From: a virus
DNA length: 64,000 nucleotides
Strand: one strand, 5' to 3'
Virus record (IMG/VR): IMGVR_UViG_3300025128_005882
Span: 13,568 to 77,567 of that record
The translations under genes were made by a program, and so were the position numbers. Under the pieces are notes generated by a model that saw only the letters and a program-made list of their open reading frames with translations, did no database searches and was not told the origin of the DNA. Positions 48,385-56,856 of the stretch are shown here, piece after piece. Within the stretch, counting starts at the first letter, position 1. The number at the start of each line of letters is the position of its first letter.

Positions 48385-49081
48385 AACCTGCCTCTAAAAA
48401 TTGCCTAGTCTCTTCAAAATTCTTAACCCAAAATGCGTGAAACACATCTAGTTTACTATAGATTGGATAGTCATTTCCATTCTCTTGACAGCCATCACCA
48501 TAGAAAAATACTTCTCCAACCATATCTTCTAGCACTTGTGCTTTGTCTTTACCTTTTGGATAAATGTCTATGCTTATCTGCCCACCGATGGCAAAGTCTA
48601 TATCTGGGTAATCAGCGGATAGTTTATCAACTATGTATTCTCTTTCTTTCCATTGTTGATCCCACTCATAATAATATTCCCTTTGCTCTTGTGTACACTC
48701 ACGTCCTATGGTTGTCATGTTCGCCATACCAACGCGCTTTTCTATATTTGTTCCTGCCGTACCGTTCCATACGCTATTTCGGATTTGATTCTTAACAGAC
48801 TGCTCTAGCCCTCCACAAAGCTCCCATTCGCTCTGTTTAATAAGCTGACCGTCAACATATAACTGATTGCCGCAGTTCTGATAAGAGCCATCAACGGAGT
48901 GCCATATGGCGTGCCCAACTTGTTCTATAGTCTTTTCTTTGTCTGACCCAGTAACTAGAAAAACCTTCTCGTCATCACCTTTGTTGCGCAACATTTTCAT
49001 AAAGAAATGCTTAAAGTCATCTGTCATTGGCTGACGGTGAGGGGTCAATGTTCCATCTACATCGAATAAAAAGTTTTTCAT
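48371..49081 (-). CDS. HAD-IIB phosphomannomutase (eukaryote-type PMM-like)
   Basis: FDVDGTLT, VTGSD, IGGQISIDI, FYGD..GNDY. Confidence 0.85.
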   Translation of the reverse strand: MKNFLFDVDGTLTPHRQPMTDDFKHFFMKMLRNKGDDEKVFLVTGSDKEKTIEQVGHAIWHSVDGSYQNCGNQLYVDGQLIKQSEWELCGGLEQSVKNQIRNSVWNGTAGTNIEKRVGMANMTTIGRECTQEQREYYYEWDQQWKEREYIVDKLSADYPDIDFAIGGQISIDIYPKGKDKAQVLEDMVGEVFFYGDGCQENGNDYPIYSKLDVFHAFWVKNFEETRQFLEAGYEQT

Positions 49082-49270
49082 AGTCTATTAATCCTTACCG
49101 ACTGTGAATAACAACATCATAGTTATTATAAATCCAGTTATTGCTGATCCCACAGTCATAGATATTGAGTTCTGATGTTCTAATATTAAAACTACTCGCT
49201 CTTCTCTAGTCATGTGAACTCCAAATGGCTACGGCTTTCGCGCGACATATCCGCATGTATCAGCTAGTAC

Positions 49271-49287
49271 AAAAGCCCGCGCAGGCT
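49271..49287 (-). terminator. weak terminator-like hairpin downstream of tRNA-Glu
   Basis: AGCCUGCGCGGGCUUUU. Confidence 0.45.
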
Positions 49288-49300
49288 AAAGTTAGTTAAG

Positions 49301-49372
49301 TGACCTCTAGGGGGATCGAACCCCTATTGCCAGCGTGAAAAGCTGGAGTCCTGACCGTTAGACGAAGAGGCC
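49301..49372 (-). tRNA. tRNA-Glu(UUC), CCA not encoded
   Basis: Cloverleaf: GGCCTCT/AGAGGTC, CCAGC-TT TTC AC-GCTGG, GGTTCGATCC. Confidence 0.95.
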
Positions 49373-49442
49373 AGAGTTGGGGTGTTAGTTCAGGATGTTT
49401 CATGCACAAGGAATAAAACAAAAACCCAACTCTTTTGTAATA

Positions 49443-49494
49443 ACGAGATAGCGTCTTGAATCTAGACCAAACTAGATAACGTTCTGAATCTCGT
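49443..49494 (-). ncRNA. 52-nt symmetric internal-loop RNA element, copy C
   Basis: ACGAGAU|UCAGAACGUU|AUCUAG|UUUGGU|CUAGAU|UCAAGACGCU|AUCUCGU. Confidence 0.75.
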
Positions 49495-49497
49495 CTA

Positions 49498-49710
49498 TCA
49501 TTTATAAAAACCTTTCTTATCCATACTTTCCACTCTTGGTTTTACAGTATGTTTATAATAATATTTGAACTGCTTGTACAAATCTTTGATCTGCTTGAAC
49601 GCTTCTTCCTCCGTTATCTTCCCGCCTTGTTCTAAGTCGCATATGATTGACATATGTATATTAAACGCTCTGAACGGATCACGGTATTGGTCAAAGATTA
49701 TTTCATCCAT
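49498..49710 (-). CDS. hypothetical protein
   Basis: Coupled ORF. Confidence 0.55.
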   Translation of the reverse strand: MDEIIFDQYRDPFRAFNIHMSIICDLEQGGKITEEEAFKQIKDLYKQFKYYYKHTVKPRVESMDKKGFYK

Positions 49711-49933
49711 TATGGAATCCTATTTTGCTTTTCTTTGCATTGTCGTCTATGATTTCTAGGATGTCGTCCTCTGCAAACCAGTCTCTTACTCTGGCTTCGC
49801 CTGACCACCAAGCGCACTCGTATTGTATTACATTTGATGCGTGGATTGCAACAGTTATAACCTTAGCAATTAAATCATCGTCATTAAGTTTTACTTTAGT
49901 TCCAACTTCATAAATATTCAATGTGTTATCCAT
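49703..49933 (-). CDS. small SH3-like (YodC/DUF2158-like) protein
   Basis: YEVGTKVKL..YECAWW. Confidence 0.5.
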   Translation of the reverse strand: MDNTLNIYEVGTKVKLNDDDLIAKVITVAIHASNVIQYECAWWSGEARVRDWFAEDDILEIIDDNAKKSKIGFHNG

Positions 49934-50120
49934 TCTTTAGCTCCTTAATACGTTTTTTCAATCTTAGTATAGTGTCTTCAAGCTCTCTCTGATTTTTCTT
50001 CTGTTGTTTGTATCTAAATTCCCACTTTCTCTCGCTCTTTGCTAGTTTTTCTCTCCATTCACTTACAATGTTTTGGCATCTTGAAAATTCTTCGTCTGGC
50101 ATTACTTCCTCCTGTTCCAT
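49926..50120 (-). CDS. coiled-coil hypothetical protein
   Basis: Coupled ORF. Confidence 0.5.
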   Translation of the reverse strand: MEQEEVMPDEEFSRCQNIVSEWREKLAKSERKWEFRYKQQKKNQRELEDTILRLKKRIKELKNG

Positions 50121-50368
50121 TTATTCCTAGCTTCTACCCAATCGTCGCCAGAGCCGCTGGCTCCACCACAGTCATCGCACTCGTACCAATACAGACCTAT
50201 GCTATCCATCGCCTCTGCCTGTGGATGACCACCGCAGAATGGACATGGCAACAATGTATCTTTTGTAAATTCTACTACATCTATATCGTGTTCGCCACAT
50301 TTGATACACCATATTGGTTTGTTATCTACGTCTACAACTCGGTTGCAACATTTTATTAAATACTTCAT
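50102..50368 (-). CDS. Lar-family restriction alleviation-like Zn protein
   Basis: LLPCPFCGG..CDDCG..A..KWNRR. Confidence 0.75.
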   Translation of the reverse strand: MKYLIKCCNRVVDVDNKPIWCIKCGEHDIDVVEFTKDTLLPCPFCGGHPQAEAMDSIGLYWYECDDCGGASGSGDDWVEARNKWNRRK

Positions 50369-50478
50369 CTGTCAAACCTACATATAATAAAAAAATTGTC
50401 ATTGCGATTATAGCTGGAAGCTGGACTGTCAGCAATAGAGCTATAACAAATATATCCCTGATCCTAGCGCGGGAATAT

Positions 50479-50979
50479 TTAAGCTCTCCCATAGTCATCC
50501 TCAATCCGTATGATGTCATCCTCAATGCACTCGCCAGACTGAACTTCTACAAATATCAGAGGACTATCCGCTTCATTTGCTATCCTGTGAACCTCTAGCC
50601 TTCCTATGTTGACGGTATCCCCTTCTTCAACAATCCATTCTGACGCGCCAACCTGCATTAAACCCTGCCCTTTGATGATCTTCCACCACTCACTCCTGTG
50701 GCGATGTAGTTGTAAGCTGAGCCTGCTGTTTGCATTGACAGTTATCTTTTTTATCTTTACGTTTGGTTCATCTAAAAGAATCCTGAAGTTTCCCCAGTGT
50801 CTTGTCTCTTGGTTAGCATCCCCAGAATGACCAACAGGAGCCAGATTCAGGTAAACCATATCTTCCTTGTCTACTTCTTCAAGGATTGGAGATAGTCTAC
50901 CACATTGTCTACAGTGAGTGTCTTCAAATTTTTCGGATACTACATATCCACAGCACTGATACCTAAATTGTCTCATCAT
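50479..50979 (-). CDS. mannose-6-phosphate isomerase type II cupin with N-terminal Zn ribbon
   Basis: RHWG, RLSLQLHRHRSEWW, HRIAN, VEVQSG..EDDIIRIEDDYGR. Confidence 0.88.
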   Translation of the reverse strand: MMRQFRYQCCGYVVSEKFEDTHCRQCGRLSPILEEVDKEDMVYLNLAPVGHSGDANQETRHWGNFRILLDEPNVKIKKITVNANSRLSLQLHRHRSEWWKIIKGQGLMQVGASEWIVEEGDTVNIGRLEVHRIANEADSPLIFVEVQSGECIEDDIIRIEDDYGRA

Positions 50980-51021
50980 AATTATACCTCAAATGTTACT
51001 ATTTTGTTGCCAACGACCCGC

Positions 51022-51321
51022 CTAGTTTGTGTAGGACAAAAAGTCGTCAACGTATATTGGAGTGGACTCACCAACATATGCCCCAAAGGTATTGTATTCA
51101 AGCCACTCAAGTGCCTCGTCCCAGTCAACTGCTAGTTCTCTTGCGGCGATTTCGACCATCTTCGACATAGAGTATACCACCCTTCCTGAATCGTTGCCAC
51201 CAGAAACGCCAATGATAGCATGGTTATAACCATTGGCGAGCAGAGAATCAGGCCAATTAGATTCAATGTATTCCATAAGTTCTGCTTGGCTGTTCTGTTT
51301 CCTATCCAATCTACTTTCCAT
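51022..51321 (-). CDS. conserved-looking phage hypothetical protein
   Basis: AIIG..RVVYS..ALEWLEYNTFGAYVGE.TP. Confidence 0.65.
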   Translation of the reverse strand: MESRLDRKQNSQAELMEYIESNWPDSLLANGYNHAIIGVSGGNDSGRVVYSMSKMVEIAARELAVDWDEALEWLEYNTFGAYVGESTPIYVDDFLSYTN

Positions 51322-51487
51322 GTTTGAAACCCTTCTTCCATGTCTTCTTGTCTTTGTCCCACCATTTACGATACTTCTCTACTATTGCTTTTGTCTTTTC
51401 GTTGATTATCTTGATGTGTTCCCTAAACTCCTGTAGCTCACGATCATCAGTTTTGGGCTTATTGAACTTCTTCTTTTTTGGCGGCAC
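51311..51487 (-). CDS. small basic protein, 58 aa (not in track)
   Basis: GTG start, MPPKKKKFNKPK..WKKGFKHGK; fills the gap. Confidence 0.45.
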   Translation of the reverse strand: MPPKKKKFNKPKTDDRELQEFREHIKIINEKTKAIVEKYRKWWDKDKKTWKKGFKHGK

Positions 51488-51593
51488 GGCGTTTGTAAAC
51501 CTTTTGTTCTTCTCTGTATAGTAAGTAAAATGCTAGGGCAGCGATACTTAATTCTATAGCCCAAGCAGACAATCCTGCGTATAATGCTTCCAT
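51459..51593 (-). CDS. small membrane protein, 44 aa (not in track)
   Basis: MEALYAGLSAWAIELSIAALAFYLLY. Confidence 0.5.
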   Translation of the reverse strand: MEALYAGLSAWAIELSIAALAFYLLYREEQKVYKRRAAKKEEVQ

Positions 51594-51622
51594 ATTATTA
51601 TATCCATAACTCGATGTTTTGA

Positions 51623-51817
51623 CTAAAGTTTTTTGAAAATTTCCACAAAGAAGTCAAACAAAACCCTGTGAAAAAAGAATAAGAATAACCAGAACACTAT
51701 AAAGAAGAACGATACCCAATCTGTCTCATCGTCTGGCCTACGGTATATATCCTCATTGTATCTATCGTATCTATTTGAGTCTGACTTTGGTGGCTTGTAA
51801 GGATTATTGTCTTGCAT
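51623..51817 (-). CDS. small membrane protein with NPYxxP motif
   Basis: MQDNNPYKPP plus Phe-rich TM. Confidence 0.55.
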   Translation of the reverse strand: MQDNNPYKPPKSDSNRYDRYNEDIYRRPDDETDWVSFFFIVFWLFLFFFHRVLFDFFVEIFKKL

Positions 51818-51989
51818 TTTTCATAGTCAGGTAGTAGTCAATCTCCATTTGGTCACTACTTATCCTGCCGATCTCATACGAAGCATACCTTCTCTTAGCT
51901 TTTCCCTCTGCTTCTTTTACGTCTGAGGCTTCTACAAACTTTACTTTGTTGTTACCTCTTGGGTCAGTCATATGTACTATATATTTCAT
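51804..51989 (-). CDS. hypothetical protein
   Basis: ORF with RBS. Confidence 0.55.
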   Translation of the reverse strand: MKYIVHMTDPRGNNKVKFVEASDVKEAEGKAKRRYASYEIGRISSDQMEIDYYLTMKNARQ

Positions 51990-52001
51990 AACTTAATCCT
52001 T

Positions 52002-52044
52002 AAAAAATGGCACGACCTCATGCAGACCCACACAAGGCCGCGCC
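52002..52044 (-). terminator. long GU-rich terminator after rIIB
   Basis: GGCGCGGCCU..AGGUCGUGCC + AUUUUUU. Confidence 0.75.
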
Positions 52045-52058
52045 CTTCCCCAGTGCTA

Positions 52059-52913
52059 CTACGCTACACACACTTTACCGCGCTTCAGCACTTGGGTCAC
52101 ACTATCCAGCTTTGATGCGATTTCATGTTTCCATGAGTCTGTTCGCTCAACTTTCTTGACACCAATGTCAGTCATGTGGACTGATGTTTCAAAGATGTCG
52201 TTGAACAATGACACTACTTCGTAGCGACAGGTTCGGAGCTTCTGAAATCTTGCATCGCTGGGGACACTAACAACGTCTGCTGGGTTGACCTTACAAATTA
52301 CAATCTGGTTTCCACCATCATTGTCTTCGTCTAGATCTATCCCACCATAGCTTTTTACATAGTCGATAGCACCAACATGTAGTCCAGCACTACAGTGTTT
52401 ATCACGGTTGTTATCAACTTTACTTCTGTCAATACTGATCTCTTCACCCACGCTATTGTCGATACCACCAGTGTAGATGTCCTTGAAGTCTGGACTCACG
52501 GCCTTGTACGCCAAGAAGTGTCCATCATCAGTGATTGGCAGATGTTTGTTCTGCATAAAATCAAACAGTTCTACAATCGCTTGATCAGAGGGGTTGTCAT
52601 TCATGTTGTCCAGAAAGTTCAGCATTGGATCAATATTGAAACCTTCTCGTCTCATCTGAAGGATGCGGTCAGTGAACAGTTCTGGCATTGCAATACCCTG
52701 CCAGCTAAGTTCGCCGTTATCCACATGGACATATCCATCACAGTAGTGTTCTACGGTAGAGGCGATGTCGTAAGAAGCCTCAAAGTGTTCTACGTTGCCA
52801 TTCTCAAGATACGCTAACAGCTTGTCGTAGTTCTCATGGTTCTTGTTGAATGTGTAAGGCTTGCCGCCTACAAAAGCATTTACTGAACCGTTGTTACTGA
52901 TGATATACTTCAT
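52059..52913 (-). CDS. rIIB: rIIB-like protein
   Basis: NPS, LPITDDGHFLAYKAV, CSAGLH, KVNPADVVSVP.D..KLRTCRYEV. Confidence 0.9.
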   Translation of the reverse strand: MKYIISNNGSVNAFVGGKPYTFNKNHENYDKLLAYLENGNVEHFEASYDIASTVEHYCDGYVHVDNGELSWQGIAMPELFTDRILQMRREGFNIDPMLNFLDNMNDNPSDQAIVELFDFMQNKHLPITDDGHFLAYKAVSPDFKDIYTGGIDNSVGEEISIDRSKVDNNRDKHCSAGLHVGAIDYVKSYGGIDLDEDNDGGNQIVICKVNPADVVSVPSDARFQKLRTCRYEVVSLFNDIFETSVHMTDIGVKKVERTDSWKHEIASKLDSVTQVLKRGKVCVA

Positions 52914-55033
52914 TACTTTTCTCCTCTATTAATACTGTCAATATATTCTGCTACCATTTTGATATCCTCATCTTCAATCCAGCGTCCTGCTATTTTGAGC
53001 ATAGGATAATACTCTATGATTGTATCATACATATCGTCAATGTCAAGCACTACTGTTTCAAGTTTTTCAAGAAATGTAGCATAAATTCCAATCTTCTTTG
53101 CTGACGCTATTAACTCCTTGAGTCCCTCTGAAACATCAGGTTTAGCCTTAGATATAAAATCTCCTAGCTCACCATGTGTCTCACACTCTTTGCTAATTTT
53201 CTGTAGCTCTGACACAGCGATTTTGTAACCCTTATTACCCGAAGACCAGTTGTTTTTATCTGAGCTTTCATGCTCCGTGATCTTATCTTTATGGAGTTCA
53301 AGTTGGTATCTAGTCTCGGTTGTTAAAAGCTCACTAGCATCAGTCCAGTTTGATCGCTCACGCAACTTCATAGACTTGACAGTAGAAGGAGTGAACACAT
53401 ACAACCTCCCAGCTAAGACATCCATATCTGAGCCTACTGACGTAAGACCATTAAGCAGTTGTCTAACTTGGTACAAGCCTAGTGTTTTACCATTAATGAA
53501 GTAGTCTTCACGAGAGCTTTCTAGAAAGAATACGTTTTCTGCTTTGACACTCACCGTTGAAGAATCACTGTACCACTCACCAGAGTCTTTACATCTAAAC
53601 ACTTCACATCTCTTGTATCCTCCTCCTGAGCTACGACTCGACGATGGATTAGCAGGAGGCTTTGCTAGAGTAGTAACATCTATCACATGATCACGGTTAG
53701 CACCCAGAGCAGTCAACACTTCTTCTAGGTAATCTTCATCTCCTCTTATTAAGAACATGTTGCCTTCTTTCTTTACTTCTTTCAGGTGATGTTTTACTCT
53801 CCCTACTGCTCCTTTCTTCTCGTTTTCATATATTATAGTCATCTCGCCAGAAGAAAACACTTTTAATACTGAAATTTCTTGACGCTGTACTGTACTACGC
53901 CACTTTGACTTTGTGTACCATACTACATTATTACCTGCTTTTGTAGACTCAGGTAGCTGTACGCCGTTCCAATGATCTTTCAAAAAAAGTTCTTGATTTT
54001 TATAGTGAGTGATCTCACCGACTGCCTCTCGGATAGTCTGAACGCCACCCATGCTCTTGCTCACACCAATCCAAGCAAGCCGAGCATCCCACAAGGTAAG
54101 CGAGTCGTCGATGTATTGCTGAGTCTGGGTAGAGATTTCTTCCAAAATAGTTTTAATTTTGTTGTGTATAAACTCTTTAGTTCTGCTATTATAAGATAGA
54201 GATTCACGACTAGGAGTAATATCAACATCTCCAATGTTAGCATAAATAATTAGTCCATGACCACGCCATAGTAAATCATATACCTCTCCATCAAATTGGT
54301 CTGCGTCTAACTCGTATGCAATCTGTCCCATTACAATTTCATTTTTAGCATATCCACGATTTGCTTTATTACAGATTTTCCAATCATCGCCAGACATAAC
54401 AGCGTCACCTTGACTGTCAATCTCAATCTCGATGTTTACATTAGGAGTTGTGACAAAATACTTCCATACATTACCAGCTTCATGTCTAAAGGCAAAAGTG
54501 TCATTTGAGTCTGTAGCAAAAGACACCTTTAGTCCATTAGGCTCATCAGTACGCTGTTCAGTTAGGAGCGCGAACACAGGCTCGTCATTCTCGTTCTTGT
54601 ATGCAGAGAAAGTCATGTGACTTCCATTATAAAAAGACTCGACCATGAACTGATCTGTGTATGCAAATGGAGACTTACTACCAAGACCTAAGCATCCTAC
54701 AGCATCGTTAGAGTCAGTCTTGTCTGAACGGAAGTAAGTAGTATAAAGACTCATGCAATCTTCCTTGCTGAGTCCAGTTCCGTAATCACGGACTGAAAAC
54801 TCATGGTCAAGAGAGGTAGGCAGAGTTACGTCAAAAGGTTTCTCTGAACAACCTGCGGCGACATGAGAGTCATAAGCATTTGTAGACAGTTCACGGACAA
54901 CAGCCAGAATCTTATTAGAGTAAAGACCATCTGATAGAATGGCAAATGCCTTAGCTGTTGCATCAATGCTGTAGTTTGATTCTACAAAGTTTTCGGATTT
55001 AGTAATTGTGTTAGTTTTAGTGTGTAGTTTCAT
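52913..55033 (-). CDS. rIIA: rIIA-like protein (GHKL ATPase N-terminus)
   Basis: LYSNKILAVVRELSTNAYDSH, VRDYGTGLS, GLGSKSPFAY, TPSRESLSY. Confidence 0.9.
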   Translation of the reverse strand: MKLHTKTNTITKSENFVESNYSIDATAKAFAILSDGLYSNKILAVVRELSTNAYDSHVAAGCSEKPFDVTLPTSLDHEFSVRDYGTGLSKEDCMSLYTTYFRSDKTDSNDAVGCLGLGSKSPFAYTDQFMVESFYNGSHMTFSAYKNENDEPVFALLTEQRTDEPNGLKVSFATDSNDTFAFRHEAGNVWKYFVTTPNVNIEIEIDSQGDAVMSGDDWKICNKANRGYAKNEIVMGQIAYELDADQFDGEVYDLLWRGHGLIIYANIGDVDITPSRESLSYNSRTKEFIHNKIKTILEEISTQTQQYIDDSLTLWDARLAWIGVSKSMGGVQTIREAVGEITHYKNQELFLKDHWNGVQLPESTKAGNNVVWYTKSKWRSTVQRQEISVLKVFSSGEMTIIYENEKKGAVGRVKHHLKEVKKEGNMFLIRGDEDYLEEVLTALGANRDHVIDVTTLAKPPANPSSSRSSGGGYKRCEVFRCKDSGEWYSDSSTVSVKAENVFFLESSREDYFINGKTLGLYQVRQLLNGLTSVGSDMDVLAGRLYVFTPSTVKSMKLRERSNWTDASELLTTETRYQLELHKDKITEHESSDKNNWSSGNKGYKIAVSELQKISKECETHGELGDFISKAKPDVSEGLKELIASAKKIGIYATFLEKLETVVLDIDDMYDTIIEYYPMLKIAGRWIEDEDIKMVAEYIDSINRGEK

Positions 55034-55079
55034 TGAATTGTCCTCGTTTCAATATTGTGTGTGTTAGTCAACGTGTTTA

Positions 55080-55107
55080 AGTATAACATAGTTATCGTCT
55101 ATGTCAA
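55080..55107 (-). promoter_or_regulatory. sigma70-type early promoter for rIIA
   Basis: TTGACA-N16-TATACT, extended TG. Confidence 0.75.
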
Positions 55108-55127
55108 CTCAAAACTTTAGAATATTA

Positions 55128-55436
55128 TTATTTTTTTTCGTAAGGCCACCTTTCTGCCATAGCCATGTTCACATTTTGTATATCTACTAGCCAGCGTCCA
55201 TACTTACCAGTCTTTCCTGTTTTGATTATTATCCATCCTTCTTCGTCCTTCTCGCCCTCTATGAGCAAGCCTAACGCATCTCTAGCCACATAGAAGTCTG
55301 CTTGTCCACGCTCAGGTGTATCAACTCCTAAGAAGCGTGTGCGTATCTCCTTGAATACCTTAAACCCCAAGTCAACCAAGAAGTCAGCCGTATCTCCATC
55401 AACACATTTAATTAGCTTTGCTCTATACTCGTACAT
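55128..55436 (-). CDS. thermonuclease (SNase-like)
   Basis: VDGDT..DLGF..RFLGVDTPE..GKYGRWL. Confidence 0.85.
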   Translation of the reverse strand: MYEYRAKLIKCVDGDTADFLVDLGFKVFKEIRTRFLGVDTPERGQADFYVARDALGLLIEGEKDEEGWIIIKTGKTGKYGRWLVDIQNVNMAMAERWPYEKK

Positions 55437-56074
55437 TATATATCCCTTATAATTTTGTATATATCGTTTCCAATTTTTATCTTAGGATTAAATTTATTAT
55501 GAACTGTTAAAGCTCTAATCCTTTTGGTCTGCTCTTTGGTTATTTTCACATACTCGTCTATGCTTTTGTATTTGAAGTAGTTAGTTGTAGGCTGTTTATT
55601 ACCTGCTATTTTTTCTCCATTCACAACAGCTTCAGCATAATCACAAAATAGTTCAGACAACACTTTATATGATTTTTCCACCAATGTTCCAGCAGTATCT
55701 TCTTCTTCTATTGCAAACCTTCTGCACTCTATGATGTCTCCGTGATCTATTTTTTCACTCATGTAATGTATCGTGCCGCCGAATGTTTCGGCTTCATTCA
55801 TTATTGCGTGATATGCCACGTTTCTACCTCCGAAATCAGGCAGTGGTGCTGGGTGAAAGTTTATCCACCTCTTCTGTAGTTGTTCTACTCCTACCTTAAA
55901 CTGGTACAGAAAGCTAACACCAGTATCGTAATCTAAAAGACTTGCTTCATCCCACCTACCATCTGTTGCAGTAGAGTGTTCTGTTACTTCTGCGCCAGCG
56001 TTTCGTAAGAAATTAAGAGCGTGCAATGAATGTGAACTGCTGTTATGTAAAAATAGAATCTTATGTTTACTCAT
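55436..56074 (-). CDS. second formyltransferase
   Basis: INFHPAPLPDFGG, GGTIHYM..IDHGDII; start MSKHK. Confidence 0.85.
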   Translation of the reverse strand: MSKHKILFLHNSSSHSLHALNFLRNAGAEVTEHSTATDGRWDEASLLDYDTGVSFLYQFKVGVEQLQKRWINFHPAPLPDFGGRNVAYHAIMNEAETFGGTIHYMSEKIDHGDIIECRRFAIEEEDTAGTLVEKSYKVLSELFCDYAEAVVNGEKIAGNKQPTTNYFKYKSIDEYVKITKEQTKRIRALTVHNKFNPKIKIGNDIYKIIRDI

Positions 56075-56294
56075 CCTCTTCCTCTTCCTCGTTAGCATAA
56101 GGAAAAAACTTCTTCCAACATGTGTCGCATGTGCCACTAAGCATTAGCTCTCGCTCCCCTGCTGTTAGATGGGGGAAGCAGTCCTGAATAGGTTCGCCAT
56201 TATGCCAAGCGTTATAATCAGGCTCATCAACATATACTTTATCAGTGTAGCCACAATATTTACATTCAAGTTCTAATGTTAAATCTTCAATCAT
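56067..56294 (-). CDS. small Zn-binding protein
   Basis: CKYC..ERELMLSGTCDTCW. Confidence 0.6.
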   Translation of the reverse strand: MIEDLTLELECKYCGYTDKVYVDEPDYNAWHNGEPIQDCFPHLTAGERELMLSGTCDTCWKKFFPYANEEEEEDE

Positions 56295-56856
56295 CTTTCA
56301 CCTCTACTGGTCTGTCAATTAAGTCAATGATCTCTTGCGGAATCTTCTTTATTCTAACATGTCTATCGGGGCTTGTCAACTCTTTTCTTGAATCTGTTTT
56401 GACAATTCTTGTATTTATTTGCTCTGGGTCATACAAAGTGTGGGTTATTTTGATCTGCTTTGCTACTACAATTCTGTAACAGCTGCTGCCACTATCATAA
56501 TAATGAGTGTGCCACTTACCCCTATAAAAATACGGACTGACTCCATTGGTTTTGATAAGACCATAGTTGTCGTTTAACAATGTAAAGTAATCTATAACAA
56601 CGTAGTCAGAACCTTGATACCAGTTACCCGTTCTCTCGCCGTTTTTAGTTTCCGGCAATAGTACATTCTTTCGATACTCCCAGAATATAACTTGTATATA
56701 CTGCTTTTCTATTTGTGGAATATCTTTTTTGTATGAGTGATAATATTTATGGTTTATCTCTATTAAGTCTACATGATCTACCACTACGAGCTTCTCTTCT
56801 ACTCCGCTATCAAAGAACATGCAGAGAAGAAGTATTAACGATTTCATTTTCTCCAT
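56287..56856 (-). CDS. hypothetical secreted protein
   Basis: Signal-like N-terminus; DHVDLIEINH..QVIFWE. Confidence 0.55.
   Translation of the reverse strand: MEKMKSLILLLCMFFDSGVEEKLVVVDHVDLIEINHKYYHSYKKDIPQIEKQYIQVIFWEYRKNVLLPETKNGERTGNWYQGSDYVVIDYFTLLNDNYGLIKTNGVSPYFYRGKWHTHYYDSGSSCYRIVVAKQIKITHTLYDPEQINTRIVKTDSRKELTSPDRHVRIKKIPQEIIDLIDRPVEVKDD

Noticed and set aside
49227-49287. Hammerhead or HDV/theta ribozyme next to tRNA-Glu
   Set aside because: The core reads CUGAUAC rather than CUGANGA, stem I is missing, and no HDV P3/L3 consensus is present
51470-51487. PPKKKK resembling a nuclear localisation signal
   Set aside because: Expected by chance in a Lys-rich phage peptide; the context is bacterial
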